From Convolutriloba macropyga (taxonomy: Eukaryota): a stretch of DNA of 64,000 nt. The position numbers and the translations under genes were made by a program. The notes under the pieces were generated by a model. That model did not search any database and was not told the DNA's origin. It saw nothing but the letters and a program-made list of their open reading frames with translations. Below are positions 14,890 to 28,700 of this stretch, piece by piece; within the stretch, counting starts at the first letter, position 1; each line of letters starts with the position of its first letter. The stretch lies in the NCBI RefSeq assembly GCF_964194025.1, contig NC_134479.1, positions 30,442,001 through 30,506,000 of the forward strand, written 5' to 3'.

Positions 14890-16460
14890 ATATTATGAAT
14901 CTAGTCTCACCTCCCGCACTATGACACTGCAAGAGCTATCAATGTCGGTCGGCCGTTTGGAACCACGGCACCATATGACACAAATGATAGCGCTGCGCAG
15001 AAGAGCAGAGTTTATTTCGCTTCTACGTACGTTATTACGTTAGAGTATGATTCGTCTTTCTTTTCAGCATTTTTACTAGCTAGTTGTTTTATGATGCGCT
15101 TTGCGGATGGTCCTGCATCCCCCCTATGCGGGAAAACACAAGCGTAACGAAGTTACACTTATCGACGTCGAGTAATCGTTGCTCATATTTCAGGCACTTA
15201 AACGACTGCTGATACTTGTACGCTTTTTATGGAGTTTTTTGGCCATGACCTGGCAAGTGGGTTAAAGGTCTTCACATCGAAGAAGTAATGGCTGGACCTC
15301 GACGCCCATATACCATTCGCTTCAATGTCTAGTCGCGCGTTTTCATCAGAGCTAGGAGTTCTGTGTATAACGGTCTCGCCTTGAAGCAACTGAAGAGTCG
15401 GCTCAACTTCCACTCCATAGCAAATGTCATGCATGATTTCAGCAAAAAACGTCTCGGATCTCGTTGTTTCTCACGTGTTTATATCCCCATTCGCACAGTG
15501 GAGAGCATGTGATAGTTTAAAGATTCCCCCTTATGGACAATTCATGGGCGTTTATTTGTCCCCAATGTTTTGTCTAAAGCAACGCCCGTCTCCTAATTTG
15601 GACTTCCTTAGTGGAAAATAGTAACGGTTAAGCGGTAGAGCTGTGAGCCAGTTCGAGGCTCCTTTTTGCGAGCAATTTCTATTACGTGGCTTTGCTCGTT
15701 CTGAAGTCTTGTCATAAGAACCTTCTTACGCGATCGAATAATTTTCAGGCGTGTGGATGTTTGGTCGTGCGTTATGCGTTCTTGGTCGAGATGAGCATTT
15801 GCTCGATCCTCATTTTCAAGAGGAGACATGTGGTTAGCGAAGCAGCGTCCTCCATTTCATAAGATATTGGCTCCCTGATGTTAAGTCTACCCTCCCGGGT
15901 TGGTAGCGAATATAATCTCCTTGCGGATTGAGACACCGGAGAGTCAAAGAACGACAGTGGGACGTGCATTTGAATGTAGGCATCTGCGTCTGTGAAAATT
16001 TTCCGTGAGTTTGGCGTTGTCTTGGGCACAAAATTTAATTTTTGTTGCGCGCCTTTTGTCAGGCATGGGTAAGCGTTCTGAGGAGATGATTCAGTTTCAA
16101 CTGGCGTCCCCTCAATCAACTTGAGGGCCTTGATCTTTGACGCCTCTTTTACTATTAATTGACTCTTCGGGGCGTTCACACTATGGCCAAAATAGCTACC
16201 ATGTTCAGTGAGTTGTTTGAAGAACAACAGTAAGTCCTCCGAACGTCCTGCTACGCTGCCGTCGCGTACTCTGGACAAGCCTGAGGAAGGGAAATGTTGC
16301 GGCTCCATACATAGCCATAGCAATGGGTGGCCTTGAGTTGTGCCCCCCAGAGACTGCAGTGTTTTACCTGCAACCTATAAATCTGACGGGGCTGAAAATA
16401 AATTTTCAACAACAAAACTCAAGGCAGGGCAAATTCTCTTGATGTTTTCAAGTGCTAAGT
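14890..16460 (-). mobile_element. 5'-truncated, decayed non-LTR retrotransposon with restriction-like endonuclease (CRE-like clade)
   Basis: RT remnant GTTQG(H)P/LAMAMYG near 16320, LYSLPTREGRLNI, and C-terminal RLE-type motifs HNEIRDVFA, VEVEPTLQ, ENARLDI, FFDVKTFNPLARS (15198-15434). Confidence 0.8.
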
Positions 16461-16688
16461 TACGTGCTAAGTTCTTTGCTTCTATTAGGAGAACAGCTTC
16501 ATTTGCTTAGAAGGTTTTTTTTCATTTGCTTAGAAGGAGAACAGTGTCTTGCTGAGAAGGTGTTTCAGATTGTTTACGTCGAACCTTTTTCAAATTCATC
16601 ATTTTTTTTGTTTTTGACTTACAGATCTAATTGATTAAGAATTGAACCTGATGCGGAGGAATACCACCCTGATATTTTCAGTTGTAAA

Positions 16689-16779
16689 ATGGAATCCGAT
16701 GTTAAAATCACCATGGAAGAATTTGTGTCTAAAGTCAATCTGTTGCTGAGGAAAGCTGAACAACATTTCGCTGCTTCAT
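16689..16779 (+). CDS. SELENOL: SelL coding exon 1 (MESDVKITMEEFVSKVNLLLRKAEQHFAAS-)
   Basis: ATG at 16689 in AAAATGG context; donor T|GTGAGC, phase 1 matches exon 2; helical N-terminus like SelL; candidate upstream acceptors at 16624 and 16681. Confidence 0.8.
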
Positions 16780-19700
16780 GTGAGCTAAATGTCCAATATA
16801 TCAATTGAGTTTTCGATTTTGCTGTTTAGTTAAAGGCTACAATATTTTATAGGCTCTGAAGAAAACTCCTTAGAAGTCATGAAATCACTGGGGCCATTCA
16901 TGTTTCCGATTATGGTCGCATATGCCGATATGTTTACAAAGTTAGTTCATAAAAGTGGTTTGAATTGTGGGCTTTCAGCAGAGACATCGGACCATCTGTT
17001 TAGATTGGAAGTTGACAGCGCATCATCATTCGAGGCAGTTGTTAGCAAGCAATACAGGTACGCTCGGTGATTACTCAAAGCATTAGTAGGATTTTAAATC
17101 CTTCATCATTCGCAATGATTTTGATTTAACGGTATTCGAAGTTGATTTCACATTGATCGCTCCCCTCAATCAGAGTGTCAGTCTATGTATATTAAGTGTA
17201 CAGACCATCCGATAAAGATTGATTGAGTGAATATTTTAGAATTTCCAAGACATGGGTGATTGAGCATCAATTTAAAGTACCAGCATTTTCCCCTCTAGCT
17301 CCATACTTGTTCAGCGATTTTTGAATCGTTGGCTGATCTCAATTTCACGGAAAACGCTATAAGTAGCACTTGAGCACAAATTTAAACAGCACGGCCTTTA
17401 TGCTTAAGGGGGCACAGAAAAAGGGTCAGTGAACGAAAGAGTGAGTTACAACGAAACAGACGTTCATTAATCGAAAGTGCTGATGAAGCAAGGTCAATCA
17501 TCAACAATGTGTTGATGCAATAAGTTAAACAAACCGAAAGAAAGCTGATGAAAGAAAGAAGGATCCTTGACCTTAGATCTTTGTTTGTTGCTAAACCCAA
17601 CAGTTGATGAAAAAGTGCTGCTCCAAAGAAATATGAACCTGTGAATTGATTGCCCTCGTTGAGTAAAGAGTTCATTGGAGCATGAACAAGTTGAAGAATG
17701 TACTGTGCATCCAAGTCGTTAACAAATAGTACTGTTATTGAAAACTGATGAGCAGCTCCCCTATGATTGCTGATGACACGTTGATCGAGATAAATCACCG
17801 GAAAAGTGGGGTTGTATGTTTGGTTTTGTGCATCTGGATTTGAGAAAGGTTTTAACTATTATTGGATAAAGTAGAACAGACTGGCTGTGGGCTGAAATAT
17901 CAGAGACTGAGACTGTAACTAACAGTTCATCAAGGATCACTCCTAGGACGTTTGATCTTCTGTTTTAATGATATTCCTAACCTAGCTCTCAGAAGGAGTC
18001 AAGCGTATGGATGTGCAGGTGATGCCAAATTTGTAGCAATGGATCGCAATCTTTTTAATGAAGATATAATTGCTGTTGAAGTTTGTGAAATTAACAAAAT
18101 GAAATTGAAAGTAAATCGTATCTGCTGATCAAAGAAGCTGAGACCTTAAACCAGAACCGCTCGAGGTTGTATCAGAGCAAAAAGTTAGCGGTTGAGTGCT
18201 AGCCAGTAAGTCAAACTGGAAGGTAATTGCAGAAGAAATGCAAAGCTTGGAAAGCATAATGCTTTCTGAAGCGGAAAGATTCCGAGCTGTCCAACCGTAG
18301 TATGCAACAGATTGCATTTAAGGGCTATGAAGTACCAGTAATCTCATCAGCATCTCAGATCTGGAAGCCAAAATATTCAAAAAATGAAAAATAAAGATCT
18401 ACAGAAAAGAAAGAGCAATGGCGTAAATAAAATGAAAATCATGGGAAATGAAACACTTTTTTTGAAGTATATATATATAAGGTCAATGTGATTGACTCCC
18501 ATCCCAATTCAAATATTTTGTTTTCAATATTTTTTGTTTTTGTAGGAAATTGAGTTGTTTAGAATTCAAACAATTTTAATACATTTAATGTGTTCATACT
18601 TTATCTCGATAATCGAAAGCAAACCAAAATGCATGCAAAAAAACAGCAGAAAGGGTTTCATCTCAGTAGTATAAAAAGCGGACGAGAACCTTAACGGGGG
18701 GGGGGGGCTCTCACTTTTTGCAACGCGATTTTTTTTCTGACTGACAGCAACGGATGGGTCACTTAATTTTCTTGAATCATTGTCAAAAATGCCCCCCCCC
18801 CCCCTATTTATGATGTTTTTGTTAGCTTTATGCCCAGAATAAGCCTGTTTTTAGTCACAACTGCAGATTCTTTATCACAACTCTAGAATTACTGTAAACT
18901 ACTGAAGCAAATCTGTTTAATTATTCGTTCAAATAATTTTAATTGAGATTAAAATTTTCACTCAAACGATAAAGGTGTTTGCAAATTGTTTGCTGAGCTA
19001 CGAATCTCTAAATGGATTGTAAATGGAATGAGTGAATTAAACTAGTCTACAGAAATCACAAAGGTTTCGCACAAACGTTGACTGAAAAAGCATAACATTA
19101 CGTGCCTTGAATGAAACACCTAAGAATTGATGAAATTACAGAACCGGTTACCTGTCTGATTTGATTAAGCGAACAGTTTCTTTTCAATAAATAAAAATTA
19201 TCAAATCATTTAAGAGAAAAACAAGGTAATGAAATGTATTAAAGTTTATGTTTTGGAGCTCTAGTTTGTCAAACGTTTGGAAAAATGTGGCTTAGCAGAA
19301 GATCAAAGCTTAGATCAGAGGTTACTATAATGCATGAAATTAGGGCAAAAATAGCATCTATTAAGTAGTGGCGTCACTAATAAATAATAACTACCTTTGG
19401 AAGTACCCTTGGAAGGAGACAACCACAGATAAATTTTTCAGAAAGACTAAGAAACACAAAAGTTTTTATAACATATTTGGGACGGACTAATAAATTACAC
19501 TTGTCACATTGACCGCCTTAAGTATACTCAGGAAATCATTTTGCCTATTTGAATTAATAATGATGATACAAGCGTTTAAGATAAATAAATCAGTTCTCAG
19601 TTTTTTAGTTTTTTGTGTGTCGAAATTCGACAGCTTTTCTTTGCTTCCTTTTGTTTTGTCACTTCTTCTCTTAACCATTGAAGGTCTGTTTCGGGCAAAG

Positions 19701-22700
19701 ATCCATAATAGTGCATAGATGTTCTCTAATTAATTGGGCATCAATGATGTATTGATGACATAGCCGGCCCCATTTGCAGGATTGCAAAGAATAGTAAAGT
19801 AAGTCCATAAAATTAAAGACAATTCTTGGTTGAAAATGCAAACTTGGTGACCCATTAACAAAGAAACAAGTTTCGAGATAAACGAATAACTGACGTTACG
19901 CAAGAAAATCAACTTACGGATTTCAATGAACGTTTTTGCGAAGATAAACGAAGTACGTGAGAATAAGCGGTTAAAAAGCGTAATAAACCGATAAACGCAA
20001 AAAAATAAAGTAAACATTTCGCAAAACTGCGGATCCGCAGAAAATTTAACGAGGAGGTCAAAATATAGATGTCAATGCTCTGAGGGGAGTGACAGGTTGC
20101 TACGGTGTAGCAATTTTCTACCCGCGCAGAAAAAGCAAAATTTGAGTACAAATTGTCATGAAAAAATTGTTCTTTTCCTAATACCAGAACTTACAAAGAG
20201 GCGAACCTTGTAAATTAGTGTTTGAATCATTGATAAAAATTAGTCAGCTAGAACTTTGCTTAATTTAACAACAGGGCGAATTTTTTCCCCAAATGCGGTT
20301 TTTAGTTTAACGGATCTGACAATTTGGTCCGAACTAGGATATACTTCAATGACTTTGGCCAGTGGCCAAAGACCTCGAGGCGTGAAATCCTCTAAAACCC
20401 AAACTAGATCGCCTACTTGTAAATTCGGACAACCTTTAGTCCATTTCGAACGTTTCTGCTGGTTTGGGATATATTCTCTAAGAAATCTGTTCCAGAAGTG
20501 TTCGGCCAAGTGTTGTGAAGTTCTCCAAGACTTTGAGATTGTAATCTTTCTCTCGAAAAAAACACCAGGTGGAAAATTAACAGTGGGTCTGCCCAAAAGA
20601 AAATGGTTTGGTGTTAGGGGAAGTGGATCATTAATGTCACTCGAAGTGTATGTGAGGGGACGAGAGTTCATGTTAGATTCTATTTCGCAAGTGAAGGTAG
20701 ACAACGTTTCATGTGTCAGTGTTCTTGATCCAATGACCTTGTACAAAGACAATTTGAACACCTGAATTAGCCTTTCCCAACTGCCACCAAAATGTGGTGC
20801 AAAGGGAGGATTAAACTTCCATTCAATTTCAATATCAAGAATATGGAGTTTTGAGGCAAATTCCTTTGATGCTCTGAGTGCTTCGATACCTTTCTTTAGT
20901 TCCGTACAAGAGCTGACAGAAGATTTCCCGTTGTCGGAGAGAAATTTTTTTGGCTTTCCGCGGCGACTAATGAATCTGCGGATGCAATTCATTGTTGAGT
21001 CTGTAGACAGGTTTTCTGCTATCTCCAAGTGAACTGCTCTTACCACCAAGCAGGTGAACAGAAGTACGTAGCGTGTAGCGTGTCTGCCGCATTGAGATAC
21101 GGGGAAAGGACCTATGAAGTCGAGTCCTGTCGTCGCAAAGACAAAGTGGTGCTCACTTGGTAACCGCTCGCATGGTAGATCAGACATTTGAGGTTGCTGG
21201 ATTTCCTGTATCATTCGCCGACAAGGAATGCATTGGCGGACTGTCTGCCTAACGACAGCTCGGCATTTCAAAATCCAATAGTATTGCATAAGGAGGCAGC
21301 GCGTTTGTTCAACTCCTGAGTGAGTGTTAGTAAGGTGAAAATTTTTGATGAGCAGCTTCACAATTGGGTTTAGACCATCCAGAATGATTGGGTGTCGGGC
21401 AGTCTCCAAAACCGTTGCCTTGGACAACCGACCTTTGGCGCGGAGCTGATCATTATTGTCAACATACGGACAAAGGTCTTTCAAACGACTTGATGCTGAA
21501 ATTTCCTTTCCCTTACGTAGAGCAGATATTTCGTCTGCAAAATTTTCAATCTGCGATACCTGGATCAGATACCTGTACGCAAAGGTATGATGAGAGAGAG
21601 CCAAATGTTTGCTTCGCTTCTTGCAAAGGTCGCGGAAAAAGAAGCAGTACGCAGTCACTCTTATCAACTGATTCCAGTTGCTAAAACGTGTAATATCCAT
21701 TACACACCCTTCAGTTGACGGTTTAGGGGCTTCCAATGGCTGTATTGAGAATACCAGTGGGTTATGCTTCAAGAGATCTTGACAAGGCCACTCTTTTTCT
21801 TCGGAGCGGAGAAATGATGGTCCACTCAACCAACGAGAAGTTGCATTACTCTGTCGAACCTCATAGCCTCTTGAGCCGTCATCAGCGGGATTATCAGAAG
21901 AAGCGATGTAGCGCCAATTGAGAGATGAAGAGACGTCGAGAATCTTTGCTAGTCTATTGGCAACGAAAATTCGATGCCGCATTTCTGGAGTTCTCAACCA
22001 ATGGAGTACAGTTGTACTATCGGACCAGAAAAAGTAATTTCCGATTTCCAAATCTTGCTGTTCTTTGATAAACTGAGCTAATTGCGCGCCATACACTGCC
22101 GCTTGCAACTCCAGGTTTGGAATAGTCATCCTCTTGATCGGAGCTACTCTGGCTTTGCCCATCATGAACACTACATCAACTGTTTTATCAACGTACTCAG
22201 TTCTTAGATAAGACACTGCTGATAGAGCATACTCTGAAGCGTCTGTGAACGTGTGAAGAGCTGTTGACTGAATTTTCGTGTTTCTACGGAAGAGAGCACG
22301 TGGAATGCTGATATTCTGATAAGTTGGAAGTTCGTTTTTGAATTGGAGAAAGTCTGGGAACTGCTGAACGTCCAGAGGTGCGTCCCATTGTGGACCTTTA
22401 TTCCAAATCGCTTGCAAAATTTTCCTCACTCTGATTGTTAAAGGGGCTATAACGCCAAGGGGATCAAAAATTGAAGCGACGAACTTCAAAAGTTTCCTCT
22501 GTGTTGTGAATTGATCATTGGGGAACCTTTTGAAAAGCCTTTTGTCAATGATGTACTCGTCCGTGCTCGCGTTCCACGGTAAACCCAAAACTTTTTGAGG
22601 TTGAGGTGATGGTAGATCAGGCTTCAAAAGATTTTCGTTTGCGACGTTTTTCAAGAACTCGTCTGAATTAGAGTTCCACTTTGTGAGGTTGAAACCACCA

Positions 22701-25700
22701 AGTGAAAGGCACTCTTTGGTGCTGTTCATAACGTTTACAGCACTTTCAACGTCTGCTGTCGAGATATATAGGTCATCCATGTAAACATTACGCTCAATGA
22801 CGTGCAAAACTTGAGGAAATTTGTCCTGATTGTCACGTGCTGAACGACGAAGAGCGTAGGACGCTATGCATGGGGAAGATGTTGCGCCGAAGATATGATG
22901 TGTGTATTGATACTCTTCGATTTTGCCATTGTGGTTCCAGAGAAACCGAAGAAACGCACGATCAGAGGGAGCAACTTTAATTTGCATAAACATTTGCTCA
23001 ATGTCTGCTGAAATTGCCACTTGTTGCTCGCGGAATGTTAATATGACTCCCACAAGATTACTCAACAAATCGGGTCCCTTCAAAAGGTTTGAATTCAAGG
23101 ATTGACCCTGAAAAACACTGGATGCATTGGTGACTCTCCTGATTTTTCCGGGTTTGTTTTCATTTGAAACGGGATGATGAAGAAGATAAGAACATGCTGT
23201 TTCTTTGTCTGTAGCTGGATCAACTTTGACAACAACCATTTTGAAGATCTTTCTGGAGCGTCTCTTCGTACTTACTTTGTAGATCTGGTTTTGTTGAGAG
23301 TTTTTTGTTTAATTGTTTTAACTGTTTTTCTGCTAGCCATCTGTTGTTTGGTAACTTGGCGTTTTCCTTCCAAAGAAGGCCTATTTCGTAGTGACCATCA
23401 GAAAAGTTTGTAGTCGACTCAAGGATTTGCAGAGATTTTTCATCATTTTTAGACATAGCCCTTTTTGATGAAGCTATACCGTAGTTCTCAATTTTCATCC
23501 ACTGTTGTACTTTTGTGAAGAGTTCATTGTCTAGATGAGGATGAGAGTTGATTTGTGTTTTGAACACTGGATTCTGTTCGTCTGCTGTGACGCTAGTTTT
23601 ACCTGCACATGTCCATCCTAGAGGAGTTTCTACAGCCCAGGGCGTGTTTTTTGGGCCTTTAATCACCTTACTGTAATGGATCAGTTCCAGATTGTCGATG
23701 CCAATGATTATTGAGACTTTATTTTCATCAACATTGGGGAACGAAATGTGATTGAGATGTTCAAATTTCTTGCAAAGCTTGTTCAGCTCATTAGTGTTAA
23801 CAGGGTTCATATTCAAATCGGGTACTGCCAAGACTTCGTTTACAAGGATTGGTGTCTTATTAGACTGATAAGGTTTAATTTTTAAAGACACTGGAGAACA
23901 ATCTATTTCTTTTGTTGTGTGGTAGCCACTAATAGGCATCTTGCCAAAAGTGTTCATATCAATACCTAGAATCAGAGCTGCAGATTGGAGGAGGAGGCTC
24001 TGGCAACTTCCGTTGTCGAGATAAGCATATGTCTCAAACGTTTTCTCCCGGTTAGACAGTTGAACTGGTAAGAAAGCAACTTGACCTGTTCCATGCAGTT
24101 GAACCGATTTAACTGTTGAAGAGGGTCGGATTGCTTGATTTTTTGCAATGAAGCTTTCATGGAGCATTGTGTGGTGCTTTTTGCCGCAGTCTGCAGAGCG
24201 ACAAACATTTTTTGATGTGCATTGCTGTACATGGTGACTACCAAAACAGTTGAAACATAGTTTCAATTTTTTCACGTGTTCTCGTCTATCGAGTGGAGAC
24301 AGATCTTGGAAATGAGAACATTTGTATAAATACTGACAGCTACCGTTGTTTGGACAAACGACACCTTTCGCAGAGCTTGGTTGAAAGCTATTTGACGGGT
24401 TTGTGCGTTGATCCTGGTGTGATCTGTTGGACGGACGGTTGAATTGGGTTTGCTGATTCGATTGCTTCCAAAGATGGTTAGAGGCCTTTGAATGAGTGCT
24501 TGGAGGTTGAGCTGATGCACAAGAGGTTGGTAAATCTCTGCAAGCCTTCGCATAGATTAGAAGCCACTCCGAAAGCTCTCTCAGAGATGGTTGAAGTAAA
24601 CTTCTTTCCAAAACGTGCTTATTCCATTCCAAGCGGACTGGTGTTGGAAGCTTGTTTAAGGCTTGATTGACATTTGTAGTGGAATGTATGTCATAGTTGA
24701 ATCCAAGTTGCTGAAATGTGTCCACAAGGGTTAAAAGGAAAGCAGTGAACTGCGTATAACTGTCTGGGATTGTCAGGTTAGGGGGTCTAAAATGTGACAG
24801 TTTTTCGAGGAAGGCATTGACAATCCTGTTCGGATTACCAAAATGTTATTCCATACGTGCTAAAGCGGGTGCGTACAGACTGCCATTGCAGCCATAGCCG
24901 TCAACCAGTGCTTTTGCTTCTCCAATCAGGAGCGATTGCAGATGAATCATTTTTTCTGCAGAGGACATTGGAGAACGATCAATTGTTGCTTGAAACACAC
25001 TGAACCACTTTAACCAACTTAATGGATCTCCATCAAACTTTGTTGCCTGTAACTTCGGAACCGATTTCTGAAAACAAGAAGACATTGAGCTAGGAGTCTG
25101 AGGCACAATACCAACTGTTGGAAGTGTAAAGGATGGTTGCGAAGTTCTGATTGGCGGATTTAAAGAAGAAGTTTGGGCCGCCTGATGAGAAACATGGAAT
25201 GAGGGAAATGCGCCGTCGATTTTTGCGGAAGTGGAATTGAAGCCACCAGAGGTAACTCCAGACAAGGCATTGTTGATGGTGCTGGTGCCTGATACGTCAG
25301 CAGATGTGGTGGTGAGTTGTTGCGACAAATTTGCCGGCGGCAAAATTGTGTTTGAATCTCCCATTAAGCTACTGGGTGCAGCATTGTTAAGGAAGGATTC
25401 ACTGTAAGAACTGTATTCAGCGGGTGCTGAGAAAATGTTGGTCGTTAGGGATGCCTCAGTATGAGTTTGATAACTGCTGTTGTCAAAGGTCACCCTCGGG
25501 ATGTTATTTGTTTGGTTGCTTTGTGTTGCGGACACAAGTTCCTTTTTGTATTTTCGGTATGCGGAAGTAATCTTCTGTATCTTGAATTTGAGTTTGCTCA
25601 AATGAGAGCATAGAGTTTCTGCATCAGATGATGGTGCTTTGTCTAAAAGTTCTTGAATTGTAAGTTCGTACTTCTCCTGAAGTTCCTTGATTTCAAGGAG

Positions 25701-28700
25701 AGTTTCCTCGACTGTTTCTGAGTCCTCGCCGCAGTCGATGCCGGATGTAATAAATTCGATGCACGACTCGATTTCACTTTCGTACATCAACTTTAAGTTG
25801 GTCAGACGTTTTAAATGGGGATCTTCAGAGACCTGCTCGTGACTTTCGGTGTTGTCGTCTTAGTATTGTGTCTGCGAATTTGAGGAGATCATTGTTTGGT
25901 TGTTACTTCCTGTGGATTTTCCAGTTCTAGTAAAAACCATCGGATTTCACCGGTCTAACAAAGACAGCTTCTTTCTTCGAAGCGCTGCGAAATTTTTTCA
26001 GCAAGTCTGTTAGATACTGCAAAACCTACCTGGTAAACCTACCTGAATACCTAAAAACCTACTAGATACCTACCTGAAACCTAACCAGAGACCAAATTGA
26101 AAACTACTTCAAAAAAAAACTAGCTGAATACCTAAAATCTACCAAATACCTACCTGGACCTACCTGCAACCTAACTGAAACCTACTCAAAAACCTACCGG
26201 ATACCACTGAAACCTACCTTATACCACCAGAGGAACCTACCTGAAAACCTAACCGATTACTTTAAAAAAAACCCTACCTGGATATGCCTACCTGGAACCT
26301 ACCTGCAACCTACCTGATATGTATTCAATAACCTACCAGATACTACCTAAACCTACCTGATAACACCAGAGAAAGCTACCCGAAAAACCGAAACCTACCT
26401 GAATACCCTACCAATGCCGACTCTACATAGCATTTGGAAAAAATATATAGTTCAGAATAAGGTCGTTGTTTTTCCGGACATAAAAACAAAGTGAATGCTG
26501 TTGAAACGTGTTTGGTGCGCTCGTGTGTGTTACGCTCGTTTCGTAAAATTGGGAACGGATATTAAAGCGCTCGGTCGGAATTACCGGAAAATGCAAGAAG
26601 GTAAAATTGTTGAAACATCGAAATTTTGTCAGTAATTTTTGGTCATATCCGGAAAAAATTCTCAGGTCGCAAGAAAGGGGTGATTAATCAAACGGGCGAA
26701 AAAACAACAGGGAAAGATAAATAATATTGAAATAAGAAAGCCCAGTTAAATATATGAAGCTCGTCTCGTGATGGAATGGGTGTTCTCCCGGGTGTTGGAT
26801 GGGATGGGTTTTTTTCTAAAATTTCCTTCTCTACCCTTTTTACGAGAAAAAAATCTTCGAGAAGGAAGTTTTAGATCCTTTGTCTTTTTCGTTGGGCGTC
26901 AGAATGTCACATTGACCGCCTTAAGTATACTCAGGAAATCATTTTGCTTTTTTGAATTAATAATGATGATACAAGCGTTTAAGATAAATAAATCAGTTCT
27001 CAGTTTTTTAGTTTTTTGTGTGTTGAAATTCGACTGCTTTTCTTTGCTTCCTTTTGTTTTGTCACTTCTTCTCTTAACCATTGAAGGTCTGTTTCGGGCA
27101 AAGATCCATAATAGCGCATAGATGTTCTCTAATTAATTGGACATCAATGATGTATTGATGACAACACTGAATATAAGCCAAGCTCAAAATTAAACAATTT
27201 CGAGAGCAAATGCTATCCATGTTTTTAAGCTAAGGTTCACTCCCTTTAAAAGGTTAAGTGTATGTGAGAATCATTGTTTTCAACAGGTAGTTTGATTTGT
27301 TTGAAATTATTAGCGAATTTGGCTGTCAAAATATCAATTTGGTTGTAAAAATATTTTTTCGTGCTTTTCTTGATAATCTAACAAACCCAATGAAATATTA
27401 CAAAAAGTTAACTTCGGGTTCAAAGGTTTCACCTCGCATTGTTTAGTAAAGCGTTCGCACCACAGCTTATTTTAAGCAATGAAATTTTGCTTCAGTTATG
27501 CAGCTTTTTGTTCTGTAAAATTGCTTTGTTATTTTGTCTTCATTTTTGGCTAGAAAATCTAACGGCCCGATGACGAAGTCTTTGCAACTTGTTTTCTGAG
27601 CACTGTCTCTTCAATTGCATAATAATTAGAATGAATGAACACAACTCAGGTGTAGATGTTGAAAACCGACCAAAGTAGGCGACAAACGATTTTTGAAGCG
27701 ATAAAAACATACCGGGACAAGCTCTGAACTGCCATGAAAAAGTTGAACAAAGAACAGAACTGGCTTTATGGCTGATTTAATTACCTGATGATTTTTTGTT
27801 CTTCCGCGGAAAAAAGTGGATGCCGAAACCCAAATCTTTGATTCAGTTGAATATTTGACCCTTCTGTCGTTTAGTATTTTCTGTTGCTGTCGTTCCTATT
27901 CCTGAATCCAATATATTTATGCAAAGCAATGGCTAAGCTTTCTACTCAATGATCTATAGCTCTTATACATATTAAGTTCTTTGTTCCTCATCGCATCAGT
28001 GGCTCGAAAGATGGATTCTCTAGTCTGTGGTCAAATCTTCTAGCTAGTATCAGATAATTCGTTTTCTTCCGAAGTGTGAATCAACTCCGATGCAAAAACA
28101 ACAGTTCTCGTTTTTCGCGGGAGCTAAGAATACGATCACTCAAAAACGCCATTTTGTGTTTGTTTATTTTTGCTTGATTCATGTTTTCTTGTCAAATTTT
28201 TTCGATGTTTCAAAATGATTCTGTTGGGAACTACGGTTCGTGGAGAAATCTGTTTTTTATTTAATTGAACGATTTATCTTTGTAAATTGCTCTCAAACAG
28301 TGTTTGCATCAATTGTATTAGTCTTATGGTCTTTTCAGAATTTATGCTGCTTGTGACCAATTGCTGTCTTTCAGAATTCATGCTGCTAACTTAATGCAAG
28401 GTTGTGTACTTAATTCAAGGTGGTGCAGTCTAATAACATGCGCTAAAATTGGTTCCATTTTTCAGTTTAAGTCGTATAAATGATCTTTGATAAGCTCTAG
28501 TACTATAATTTTGAGGCCCTATACAAGTACTTAATGTTAATTTTGTTCTAGGTAGTTTACTGCTAAAATTCAAATCCAGAGTGCACCAAAATTGGTTCTA
28601 TTTATCATTTTTTGCCTTAGAAGTGGTCCATTATAAGCTATAATACCTTAAATTTGAGCCTCTTGTCTCAATTATACTCTCTCCCTTGCTGAAGTAGGGA

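Larger units (their letters stand above)
19502..27163 (-). mobile_element. Full-length BEL/Pao LTR retrotransposon, 7662 bp, in SelL intron 3
   Basis: 259-bp TG...CA LTRs at 19502-19760 and 26905-27163; 5-bp TSD ACACT (19497-19501 and 27164-27168); PBS, PPT and a single gag-pol frame with BEL-type motifs. Confidence 0.97.

Noticed and set aside
20256-24670. Plus-strand and alternate-frame ORFs overlapping the BEL pol
   Set aside because: Shadow ORFs of a long coding frame, with no recognisable motifs.
26020-26410. Telomeric repeat or CRISPR-like array
   Set aside because: Degenerate ~11-bp units lying inside an LTR element's leader, with no spacers.
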